Assembly (NCBI GenBank): GCA_947085205.1
Contig: CAMTVO010000019.1
Location: forward strand, 1 to 51,760
Length of the DNA: 51,760 nt
Direction: 5' to 3'
Source: an uncultured Nitrospiraceae bacterium
GTDB lineage: Bacteria > Nitrospirota > Thermodesulfovibrionia > Thermodesulfovibrionales > Dissulfurispiraceae
Shown: positions 21,124 to 29,631 of the stretch, piece after piece
How positions within the stretch are numbered: the stretch's first letter is position 1
How the letters are laid out: each line of letters starts with the position of its first letter
Notes under the pieces: model-generated
The model's database searches: none
What the model saw: only the letters and a program-made list of their open reading frames with translations
What the model was told of the DNA's origin: nothing
Position numbers and translations under genes: made by a program

Positions 21124-22446
21124 CTACTTTGCCCTTTTCCACACGAAAATCCCGCTTTTAGAGGGATCTATATGATACCCTCTCTTCATAGTCTCTATGT
21201 TTCGCTCGTTGAGCGTCGCTCCTTTTCTTAAAAGCAACAGCCCTGTGCCGCTCCTTACGTCTCTCGATACGATCAGCCCGGGCATTAAGTCTTTAGGTCT
21301 CAGCTCAACCTCTACGGCGTCGGCAGCGCCGGAGTCTATTGTTATTTTCTCTTTCGCGACTTCATGAAGCATCCCGTACAATTTGGGGTCGAATTGTGTG
21401 CCGGATAAGGATTTTATGACATTCAGCGCGCTTTCCAAGGAGAGCCTGCTGTTGACGCCGCTTGTCAATCTGTCCAGCCTGTCCGCTACCGCTATTATCC
21501 GCGACCCGATCGGTATCTTATTGCCGGAAAGCCTGTCCGGAAAGCCGTTTCCGTCATACCGTTCATGATGACTCCGTATAAGCATTCCTGCTTCGCGCAG
21601 TTCTTCGACGGGGTCGACGGCGGCCTGTCCCCGAACAGGATGTTTTATATATTCCTCCATCTCGTCGGGACTAAGTTCATTGGTATCTTTAATAAGCACT
21701 ATATCGGGAATGCCTATTTTCCCCACGTCATGCAATTGCGCGGCTACGATTATATTTTCTATTTCCGGTTCGCTTAAGCCCAACTTTAAGGCTATGCCCC
21801 CGGAAAGCGCCGCAACGGTGTTTGAGTGGCTGCGCACTGTTTTGTCCCTCAATTCGATGAGGTTGGAAAAAGCGGTTATGAACTCTTTCAGGTTTCTTTT
21901 CAGTTTTTCGTTGAGGTTGTTCAGTTCTTTGTTTTGTTTCGTCAGGTCTATGGTATGTTGCTGCACGTAAAATTCAAGCTCGGTGTTCCATTTTTTCAGT
22001 TCTTTGTTTTGTTTTTTCGTAAGCTCCGCAAGGCGTCTATTTTCCTTTTTCAGCCTGTAGGTCTCTATCGAGTTCAGTACGGTCAGCATCAAGTCGTTGT
22101 CGTCCCATGGCTTTGTTATATACTTTGATGCGCCTCCCTTATTTACTGCATCCATTGCAGCATTGATATCGGCATAGCCTGTCAGTACAATTCTTACGGA
22201 TTCGGGCTGCATCTTTCTTGCCTTTTCGAGGAATTCCGAGCCGCTCATTTCAGGCATCTTCTGGTCAGAGATAATAGCGGAGATTTCGTTATTTTTCAGG
22301 ATTTCAAGCCCTTTTTTACCAGACAGGGCTGTAAACACCTCAATATTATCCACATCCAGAAACAGACGTCTTAGAGAGCGGAGGACATTTTCTTCGTCAT
22401 CCACAAAGAGGACCTTGAATATTTCTTTTTTTATATCATTCGGCAT
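21124..22446 (-). CDS. Response regulator with HD-GYP-type domain (partly degenerate)
   Basis: REC (ISDQKMP, YITKPW); LHDVGKIG, HHERYDGNGFP, VADRLD; lacks the DxxxxxRPY end motif. Confidence 0.88.
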   Translation of the reverse strand: MPNDIKKEIFKVLFVDDEENVLRSLRRLFLDVDNIEVFTALSGKKGLEILKNNEISAIISDQKMPEMSGSEFLEKARKMQPESVRIVLTGYADINAAMDAVNKGGASKYITKPWDDNDLMLTVLNSIETYRLKKENRRLAELTKKQNKELKKWNTELEFYVQQHTIDLTKQNKELNNLNEKLKRNLKEFITAFSNLIELRDKTVRSHSNTVAALSGGIALKLGLSEPEIENIIVAAQLHDVGKIGIPDIVLIKDTNELSPDEMEEYIKHPVRGQAAVDPVEELREAGMLIRSHHERYDGNGFPDRLSGNKIPIGSRIIAVADRLDRLTSGVNSRLSLESALNVIKSLSGTQFDPKLYGMLHEVAKEKITIDSGAADAVEVELRPKDLMPGLIVSRDVRSGTGLLLLRKGATLNERNIETMKRGYHIDPSKSGIFVWKRAK

Positions 22447-23392
22447 TTAAGCTTGCCCTTAAAATTTTTATGAATACATTCACGATCTCGGGATCGAAAA
22501 GACGGCCCCTGTAATAGTTCAGGAACTCTATGGTTTTATCGTGATCGAATTTGTCTCTGTAAGGCCGATCCGATGTCAGTGCGTCATAGGTGTCGGCCAC
22601 GCTGACTATTCGGGCCTCAAGCGGAATATCAGCGCCCTTTAACCCGAGGGGATAGCCTGTTCCGTCATAATGTTCATGGTGATAAAGGACGATGTTGATT
22701 ACTGTTTCCGGCAACTGTGCCAGCCTTGCAACATCAGCTCCCCATATGCTGTGATTTCTTACTATCTCCATCTGCTCAGAGGATAGCGCCCCATTGTAAT
22801 TAAGAATAGATTCAGGGACGCCAATCTTGCCGCAGTCATGAAGCCAGCTTCCGTATTTTATGCGCTTTTGTTCTTCCTTTGATAAACCCAATGCTTCTGC
22901 TATTCTTACAGCGTAATTTGCCACCCTGTCACAATGCCCTCTTGTATAGGGGTCTTTCAGTTCAATGGTCTGGGCTAAAGAGAGCAAGGTTGCCTCGTCC
23001 GCTTTTTTTAAAGACAAAACGATTTTGTAGTGGTCGACAGCATTAAAGACTATATCTTTAAAGTCATTATCGTTCCATGGTTTAGTTATAAACTTGTAAA
23101 CCGCCCCTTTGTTAATGGCATCCATGGCAGCCTGAAGGTCTGCATAGGCGGTCATTATAATCCTTACACTTCCAGGGGAAATGTCTTTTGCTTTCTGAAG
23201 AAATTCTATGCCTGTCATTTCAGACATGCGGTTATCCGAGACGATGACCGAAACATTATTGTTTCTTAAAATGTTCATCGCCTCAAAGGCATTTAGGGCA
23301 GTCATAATCTTCATGTTGCTGTCCATAAAGAGCCTTTTCAGAGAGTTCAGTGCATTGATTTCGTCATCAACGAATAGAATTGTGTCGGTCAT
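22436..23392 (-). CDS. Response regulator with canonical HD-GYP c-di-GMP phosphodiesterase domain
   Basis: REC; KDPYTRGHCDRV, LHDCGKIG, HHEHYDGTGYP, ADTYDALTSDRPYR. Confidence 0.93.
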   Translation of the reverse strand: MTDTILFVDDEINALNSLKRLFMDSNMKIMTALNAFEAMNILRNNNVSVIVSDNRMSEMTGIEFLQKAKDISPGSVRIIMTAYADLQAAMDAINKGAVYKFITKPWNDNDFKDIVFNAVDHYKIVLSLKKADEATLLSLAQTIELKDPYTRGHCDRVANYAVRIAEALGLSKEEQKRIKYGSWLHDCGKIGVPESILNYNGALSSEQMEIVRNHSIWGADVARLAQLPETVINIVLYHHEHYDGTGYPLGLKGADIPLEARIVSVADTYDALTSDRPYRDKFDHDKTIEFLNYYRGRLFDPEIVNVFIKILRASLNAE

Positions 23393-24195
23393 AAAATATC
23401 ATCCTCACGGGTGAAGACAAGGATTATGCCTTTCTGGTCATCGCTATAATCCATTATAGCACCGGAAAGTCTGCCGTAAATACCGTTTATTTCTATTTTT
23501 TTTGTAGCTTTGTGTTTGTTTTTGACCTCCTCAATAAAGTCCTTTATATACCCATGCAACCCGACAGACTCAATGTTTTGCCCCAATAATTTCCAGCCGC
23601 TTTGTGTAATCCCGACCCATGTGGAATTGCATAAGACCACCGTATCGTTAAAGTCGATGCCGACGATCCCGGCCGGTATGGCATTAAGGATGTTCTGCTG
23701 GATGGATAATGCCTTGCTTCTGAATTCGAGATGGGCGGATTTTTTCTCGAGGAGCTTCTCCAGTTCCTTGTTTTTCTTCCGGAGTTCGGCGGCGAGTTCC
23801 CGATTTTTTTCAAGGAGGGAATACCTTTCAATAGCGTTTGAAATGGTAACCTTCAGGTCATCGTCATTCCACGGTTTAGGTATGAACTTGTAAATATGTC
23901 CTTCGTTTATGGCAGAGACGATTGCTGCAGTGTCGGCATATCCCGAAAGCACGATCCTTACCGTATTAGGCCAATGACTGTAAACCTTCTTAAGGAATTC
24001 AACGCCGTTTATGCCGGGCATGCGGTAGTCGGATATAACTAAATGAACATTCTCCTTCTTTTCGAGGATTTTAAGGCCGTCCTCTCCGGATGTCGCGGTC
24101 AGGATAGTGTAGTTGTCGTCGAGGAAGATCCTTCTTAGCGCATTCAGGACATTTTGCTCATCGTCAACGCAAAGTATTTTGATCTCTTCATCCAT
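23389..24195 (-). CDS. Response regulator with C-terminal PAS-like domain
   Basis: ILCVDDE, ISDYRMP, FIPKPW; C-terminal ILNAIPAGIVGIDFNDTVVLCN. Confidence 0.88.
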   Translation of the reverse strand: MDEEIKILCVDDEQNVLNALRRIFLDDNYTILTATSGEDGLKILEKKENVHLVISDYRMPGINGVEFLKKVYSHWPNTVRIVLSGYADTAAIVSAINEGHIYKFIPKPWNDDDLKVTISNAIERYSLLEKNRELAAELRKKNKELEKLLEKKSAHLEFRSKALSIQQNILNAIPAGIVGIDFNDTVVLCNSTWVGITQSGWKLLGQNIESVGLHGYIKDFIEEVKNKHKATKKIEINGIYGRLSGAIMDYSDDQKGIILVFTREDDIL

Positions 24196-24197
24196 AA

Positions 24198-26054
24198 TTA
24201 TTTCTCCACAACCGGTATTTTTACCGTAAAAGTGGTTCCTTTACCTACCTCGCTTTCTACCATTATATCACCGTTGTGTTTCTTTACAATATCATACGCT
24301 ATGCTCAGGCCGAGCCCCGTGCCTTTGCCTACTTCCTTCGTAGTGAAAAAAGGCTCGAATATCCTGTTTATTTTATCCGCCGATATGCCGCAGCCGGTGT
24401 CGGAAATGGAAATGAAAATATACCCTGCATCATGCCATGTCTTTATTGATAGCTCTCCTTGTTTTTCAATAGCATGTGCTGCATTGATCAGTATGTTCAT
24501 GAATACCTGATTGATCTGTCCGGGATTGCATTTTGTCATGGGGATATCGCCGTATTCCTTCTTCATGGTCACTTTGTACTTGAGTTCATTCCATACTATA
24601 TTTATTGTGCTTTCTATTCCGGCATTTATATCGGCCATCTTCCATTCTGCCTCGTCAATATGCGAAAAGCTCTTGAGGTTCTGGACTATCTTCTTGACCC
24701 TTTCTGCTCCCTCAAGGGATTCCTTAATGAGATTGCCTAAGTCATCCACTATGTAATCAACCTTCAGGGATTTCCTTGTTTCCTTTACTTTGTCGATGAT
24801 ATTATCAAATCCCACCTCTCCCCCCTTTTCTGAAGGGGGGATGGGGGGATTACAAGATAACTCTTCAAAAGCTTCGGTCTGTATTTTTATGAACTCTGAC
24901 AACTTATCAGCATACTTCTGAAGCGAGCCGAGATTGCTCATTACAAACCCGACAGGGTTGTTGATTTCATGGGCGATGCCTGCTGCCAGTTGTCCGATGG
25001 ATGCCATCTTTTCCTGCTGTAAAATGCGGGACTGAGCTGCTTTAAGTTCAGCATATGCCTTCTGTAGTTCTTTGTGCTGTGATTCAAGCATGTCCATCAT
25101 GTTGTTAAAATTAGAGCTTATGCGGTAGATTACATCTGACTCAGAAACATGAGTAGCCGTGAACCTGACGCTGAGGTCTTTCTTCTCTTCAACTTCGTGG
25201 AGAAGAAAGGTTATCTCATTGAGTGCAAACTGTAGATCTGTTCGCTCTTTATTTATTGCTACATTTGTTATCTCAAGCTCCTCAGTAGTCATCTTTAGTT
25301 CTGTAAAGTCCTTGATTAATATCACTGTCCCTGAATCGCTGCTGTTTTTAACAGGATAGAGATTAAACATGAACCATCTTCCTGTTGGTTTATGAAATAA
25401 GTCAGTGCCCTGCCCATAAACTGCCTCTATCTTCAGGTCATGCTCAAGGAGCAACTCTCTCCAGTTTCTGCCGATTATTTCTTCATAAGGTTTCCCCACG
25501 AATTCCTTCATTGCCTTGTTGCATCTCTTGATAGCATCATTTTCATCACTTAGTATGACAATATCACTTATGCAATCAAGGGTTTGTTCCCATTCTCTTT
25601 TGGCGATCTCAATGGCTTTAATCGTTTTCATCAGGATTTCGTTATTTTTCTTGATTCCTTCGAGATTTTTAAGTTGTAGGAAATTTTTGATTCTTGCTAT
25701 AAGCTCTATATTGTCTATGGGTTTTGAAAGGAAGTCATTTGCGCCTGCTTCAAGACATTGAAGCTTTGTCTCTTTATCTTCAACGCTCGTGAGGACTATG
25801 ATAGGGATATGCCGGGTTTTAGGATTTGTTTTGAGCCTTTTACATGCCTCTAACCCATCCATTTCAGGCATTAAGATGTCAAGAATTATAATGTCAGGAT
25901 TGGTCTTTTCTGCTTTCTGTATAGCCTCTATCCCATTTTGAGCAGTCTCAAGGACATACCGGTGCGAAGATAACAGGGCGGATAGAAATTTCAGGACTTT
26001 TTCTTCATCGTCCACTACGAGGATTTTTGCATTGTTGTTCCTCTGCTCTGTCAT
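24198..26054 (-). CDS. REC-PAS histidine kinase
   Basis: N-terminal REC (ILDILMP), PAS (WEQTLDCISDIV), GIAHEINNP, DTGCGI, FEPFFTTK, GTGLGL. Confidence 0.93.
   Translation of the reverse strand: MTEQRNNNAKILVVDDEEKVLKFLSALLSSHRYVLETAQNGIEAIQKAEKTNPDIIILDILMPEMDGLEACKRLKTNPKTRHIPIIVLTSVEDKETKLQCLEAGANDFLSKPIDNIELIARIKNFLQLKNLEGIKKNNEILMKTIKAIEIAKREWEQTLDCISDIVILSDENDAIKRCNKAMKEFVGKPYEEIIGRNWRELLLEHDLKIEAVYGQGTDLFHKPTGRWFMFNLYPVKNSSDSGTVILIKDFTELKMTTEELEITNVAINKERTDLQFALNEITFLLHEVEEKKDLSVRFTATHVSESDVIYRISSNFNNMMDMLESQHKELQKAYAELKAAQSRILQQEKMASIGQLAAGIAHEINNPVGFVMSNLGSLQKYADKLSEFIKIQTEAFEELSCNPPIPPSEKGGEVGFDNIIDKVKETRKSLKVDYIVDDLGNLIKESLEGAERVKKIVQNLKSFSHIDEAEWKMADINAGIESTINIVWNELKYKVTMKKEYGDIPMTKCNPGQINQVFMNILINAAHAIEKQGELSIKTWHDAGYIFISISDTGCGISADKINRIFEPFFTTKEVGKGTGLGLSIAYDIVKKHNGDIMVESEVGKGTTFTVKIPVVEK
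24808..24851. repeat. GC-rich palindromic element in frame inside the kinase
   Basis: AATCCC...TCCCCCCTT-TTCTG-AAGGGGGGA...GGGATT; encodes NPPIPPSEKGGEVGF. Confidence 0.8.
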
Positions 26055-26089
26055 AATTTAAATAATTTTTATAAATAAAATTTGAGTTG

Positions 26090-28279
26090 TCAAATTAAAT
26101 TATCTAACGCATTGAATACTGACTGTGCCAGCTTCTCCAGACTGAGTGGTTTTTGTATTATATCCTTAATTCCTGCCATGAGCAACTTATTTCTTTCTGC
26201 ACTGAGGTCATAGCCGCTTATTCCCAGAATTTTGATTGATGGGTTTATCTTCTTGATTGTTTTGCTTAACTCTATGCCATCCATTTCCGGCATTACTATA
26301 TCGGTAATTACAAGATTAATTTCTTCATGATGTGTCTCAAATAAACTCCGAGCATCTTTACCATTGTTTGCTGTAAGCACCCTATAACCCAGACCGATTA
26401 GTGAGTGTTTAATAAAATCGCAGGTAGAATCGTTGTCTTCTGCAATTAGAATGATCTCTCCATGTCCTCTGGGTATTAGAACTTCTTTCTCTATGTTCTC
26501 TATGGTGGGTATTGCTGTATCAGCTTTGTGAGGGGGCAGGTAAATGGTAAATGTTGTTCCCTTCCTGAGCTCTGTTTGCACATCTATATATCCATTGTGC
26601 TGTTTCACGATTCCATATACTTGAGCAAGTCCGAGTCCTGTCCCCTTGCCTTTTCCCTTTGTGGTAAAGAATGGTTCAAATATATGGGGCAGTACCTCTG
26701 GCGGAATGCCCATTCCCGTGTCAGATACTGTGATAACTATCCAATCACCCGAGGGCATTTCCGGAAAAGGCGGGGTCCCCAAAAAATCGTGAGATTTTTT
26801 GGGGTAGTAGTGCGGATTATCCGTTATCTGTACATGAGAAAGGCAAAGCTTCAATTCTCCTCCTTCCGGCATGGCGTCGCGGGCATTTATGGCTAAATTC
26901 ATAATTACCTGCTGGATCTTTGTGATGTCTGCGTTAATTGTGTATTCATCATCATTGTCAATGTTGTAAGATACATGGATATTTTCAGGAATGACTTTTT
27001 TTATTAATCTTAAGAACTCCTTAGTTAACGGCCTTAGATCAATCAAACCCATTTCGGCTGGTGATTTACGACTGAAATCCAATATCTGTTTAATCAGTTC
27101 TGAAGCGCTCTGTCCGTTTTGCCGGATTATATCTATCATCTGTTTTGAATCAGGGGATAAGCTGGTATTTAAAGAAAGCAGATCTGCAAAGCCTATGATG
27201 CCTGTGAGCAGATTGTTGAAGTCATGGGCAATGCCTGCAGACAGATGTCCAACTGCAGCCAGCCTTTCCTGTGACTGGATGCGATCTTGAAGCCTTCTTT
27301 CCTCTGTTATGTCTCTTATAACAAAGACGGTGCCTCCATAGCTTGTTTTTATTGGTTTCACGGCTATCTCAAAAACACGATGTGATGGTTCATTAATCTC
27401 TATCTCATGCCACATTTTCTGTGGTGAAGAAATCAGCAGTTTCTCAACAGGGCAACCTGCGATATGCGTAAGCACGTCCCCTATCTTTGCCTTTGATAGT
27501 TCAGCAAGATATTCTGTTGCAAGAGGGTTTGCAAGGACTATGCGATTTTCTGCATCTAAAAGAAAGACCCCTTGAGGTATGTGCTCAACTATTGCATTGA
27601 GGTTTGAAGAAAGTTTCTGGATTTCGTCTTCAGCCTTTTTTCGTTCTGTAATATCCTGGACCGCCCCTACCATCCTGATGGGCTTATCTTCTTTATCATA
27701 TATGACTTTTGCCTGCTCGTGGACAATTCTCACCGTGCCGTCTGGAAGAACAATACGATGGTCGATGCTGTAAGGTCTTTTTTCGTATAAGGCTTCGCTA
27801 ACAGATTTTTTTACAAATTCCACATCATCGGGATGAACGCTATTCAGAAATGCCTCATAGGTTGCTCTAAATTCCTGTGGAGCCAATCCAAAGATATGAT
27901 ATATCTCGTCAGACCACCAGAGTTTATTTTTAACTATATCCCAGTCCCAGTTCCCAAGATGGGCTATTTTCTGTGCTTCTTTTAGAACTGCTTCAACTGA
28001 ATAAATTGAACGAAAATATTCCTTTATTCGCATGACACCTATCAACATCAGGCAGGAGATGATTAAAGCAATCCATTCAGAAATGTGGAGGGTTATTTTT
28101 TCACCACTGGTTATGATGGATATAAGCGACACAATGCGGCGGCCTGCCATTAGTAATATTGCAAGAGAAATTAGAATCCACGCGAGTTTCCTCCCTGTAA
28201 TGCGAATAAGAGTCAGAGCATACACAGCAGCAGCCAGTTGCAATCCGATGGACAGCAGAAATATGATAATTGAAATCAT
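26090..28279 (-). CDS. Membrane-bound hybrid PAS/PAS histidine kinase with C-terminal REC (CckA-like); probable start at ATG 28279
   Basis: N-terminal TM helices, PAS (GNWDWDI, VHPDD), GIAHDFNNLL, NARDAM, GTGLGL, REC (ITDIVMP); the ORF-track GTG at 28354 lies inside a MITE. Confidence 0.92.
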   Translation of the reverse strand: MISIIIFLLSIGLQLAAAVYALTLIRITGRKLAWILISLAILLMAGRRIVSLISIITSGEKITLHISEWIALIISCLMLIGVMRIKEYFRSIYSVEAVLKEAQKIAHLGNWDWDIVKNKLWWSDEIYHIFGLAPQEFRATYEAFLNSVHPDDVEFVKKSVSEALYEKRPYSIDHRIVLPDGTVRIVHEQAKVIYDKEDKPIRMVGAVQDITERKKAEDEIQKLSSNLNAIVEHIPQGVFLLDAENRIVLANPLATEYLAELSKAKIGDVLTHIAGCPVEKLLISSPQKMWHEIEINEPSHRVFEIAVKPIKTSYGGTVFVIRDITEERRLQDRIQSQERLAAVGHLSAGIAHDFNNLLTGIIGFADLLSLNTSLSPDSKQMIDIIRQNGQSASELIKQILDFSRKSPAEMGLIDLRPLTKEFLRLIKKVIPENIHVSYNIDNDDEYTINADITKIQQVIMNLAINARDAMPEGGELKLCLSHVQITDNPHYYPKKSHDFLGTPPFPEMPSGDWIVITVSDTGMGIPPEVLPHIFEPFFTTKGKGKGTGLGLAQVYGIVKQHNGYIDVQTELRKGTTFTIYLPPHKADTAIPTIENIEKEVLIPRGHGEIILIAEDNDSTCDFIKHSLIGLGYRVLTANNGKDARSLFETHHEEINLVITDIVMPEMDGIELSKTIKKINPSIKILGISGYDLSAERNKLLMAGIKDIIQKPLSLEKLAQSVFNALDNLI
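26772..26806. repeat. 12-bp perfect hairpin element in frame inside the hybrid kinase
   Basis: GGGGT-CCCCAAAAAATC-GTGA-GATTTTTTGGGG; encodes YPKKSHDFLGTP. Confidence 0.8.
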
Positions 28280-28332
28280 CGTATATATTATCAGAATTTG
28301 AATGCTTGTCAAATAATTTGTTGAAAACCTTG

Positions 28333-28571
28333 CCGAAAAATAGACATAGACCACTCCCCTGTTCCGGAATTTGACGGTATGCTTTTCAGCCCTGATGCTT
28401 TCTGTAATGTCTTGTCTTCTCTTAGTTCCCTTAAATCGGCTATGTGCCTGCCACCTCCGTCTCCCGACCTTTCAATTTTGTTTAACCATTGTGGTTATAT
28501 TTTATATCATCACAAATCATTAAACCAGAAGGGGTTTTGCTTTTCCGGCGGGGTCTATGTCTATTTTAGGG
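28333..28571 (-). mobile_element. Non-autonomous MITE derived from an IS1380-like element
   Basis: 20-bp TIRs (CCGAAAAATAGACATAGACC and CCCTAAAATAGACATAGACC, 18/20 identical), flanked by the 6-bp direct repeat ACCTTG (28327-28332 and 28572-28577); internal minus-strand peptide GGGRHIADLRELREDKTLQKASGLKSIPSNSGTGEW resembles an IS1380-family transposase N-terminus. Confidence 0.85.
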
Positions 28572-28620
28572 ACCTTGAGCATTTCTTTCCTGTTATTCTG
28601 GATTTAAGTTATAATATCAA

Positions 28621-29631
28621 ATGAATTACAGGCTTACGGAAAAGGTCAGGGCTGCCGGCTGAGCGGCAAAGATGGGTCCGGCGGACCTGGAAGAGATCAT
28701 AGGGGATATCCAATCCGGTGAGAGCCCTTACGTTTTAGTAGGGCCGGGCGATGACGCCGGGGTCTATTTGCTCAACGGCATTGCTATAGTCGAGACGGTC
28801 GATGTTATTACGCCTGTGGTGAACGATCCTTTCACCTTTGGAGCAATTAGCGCCAACAACTCATTAAGCGATGTTTATGCGATGGGAGGCAGGCCTGTCT
28901 CTGCGCTTGCTGTTGCAGGATTTTCTTCGTGCGATTATGAGCCTGTTGTTCTGAAAGAGATATTAAGGGGCGCTGTGCATTCATTGAACAGGGCAGGTGC
29001 GGTGCTAATAGGCGGTCACAGCTTTGAGGATGCAGAGCTTAAATTCGGCCTGTCTGTAACAGGAGTAATTGATAAGAATAAGATATTGAAGGTCTCAGGT
29101 GCAGAAGAAGGGGATGTGATTATTATTACAAAGCCCATAGGTATAGGCATTCTCACCACAGCACTTAAGGGAGGAAAGATAACAGATGATGAAATGAAGC
29201 ATGCAGTTAAATGGATGCTTACATTGAATGATAAGGCATCGGAATTAGCTTTAAAGGCAGAAGCCACTGCATGCACTGATATAACTGGATTTGGCCTGCT
29301 GGGGCATGCTTACAATATGGTCAAGAGTTCGGATATTGATTTTGAGATTACAATGGCCAACGTGCCTGTATTAGAGCGTGTGCATGAAATGATTAATTCA
29401 GGTATGGTTGCAGAGGGCGCATATAACAATCTCAGGTTTCTTGGCGGAAAGGTTGAATTTTCTTCTCATATAACCGAGGAAGATAGGCTTTTGCTTTCAG
29501 ACCCTCAGACATCCGGAGGACTCTTGATAACCCTGAAGGAAGAAAATATTAAGGTCTTTGAGGAATCGGGGATATTCTTCTCTGTTATCGGCAGGGTCAC
29601 AAAAGGCTCAGGCAAGATTATAGTAAAGTGA
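28621..29631 (+). CDS. selD: Selenide, water dikinase SelD (selenoprotein, Sec at codon 14)
   Basis: ATG 28621 reads MNYRLTEKVRAAG-U(TGA 28660-28662)-AAKMGPADL, in frame with the ORF at 28672; DDAGVY, SDVYAMGG, GGHS, TDITGFGLLGH, DPQTSGGLL. Confidence 0.95.
28674..28688 (+). promoter_or_regulatory. Putative bacterial SECIS apical hairpin
   Basis: GGTCC-GGC-GGACC stem-loop with G in the loop, starting about 12 nt after the in-frame UGA. Confidence 0.65.

Noticed and set aside
28280..28354. N-terminal extension of the hybrid kinase
   Set aside because: The GTG lies within the MITE and the extension crosses a promoter-like TTGACA/TAATAT
28379..28624. 81-aa plus-strand ORF
   Set aside because: Antisense to the transposase remnant and crosses the MITE end
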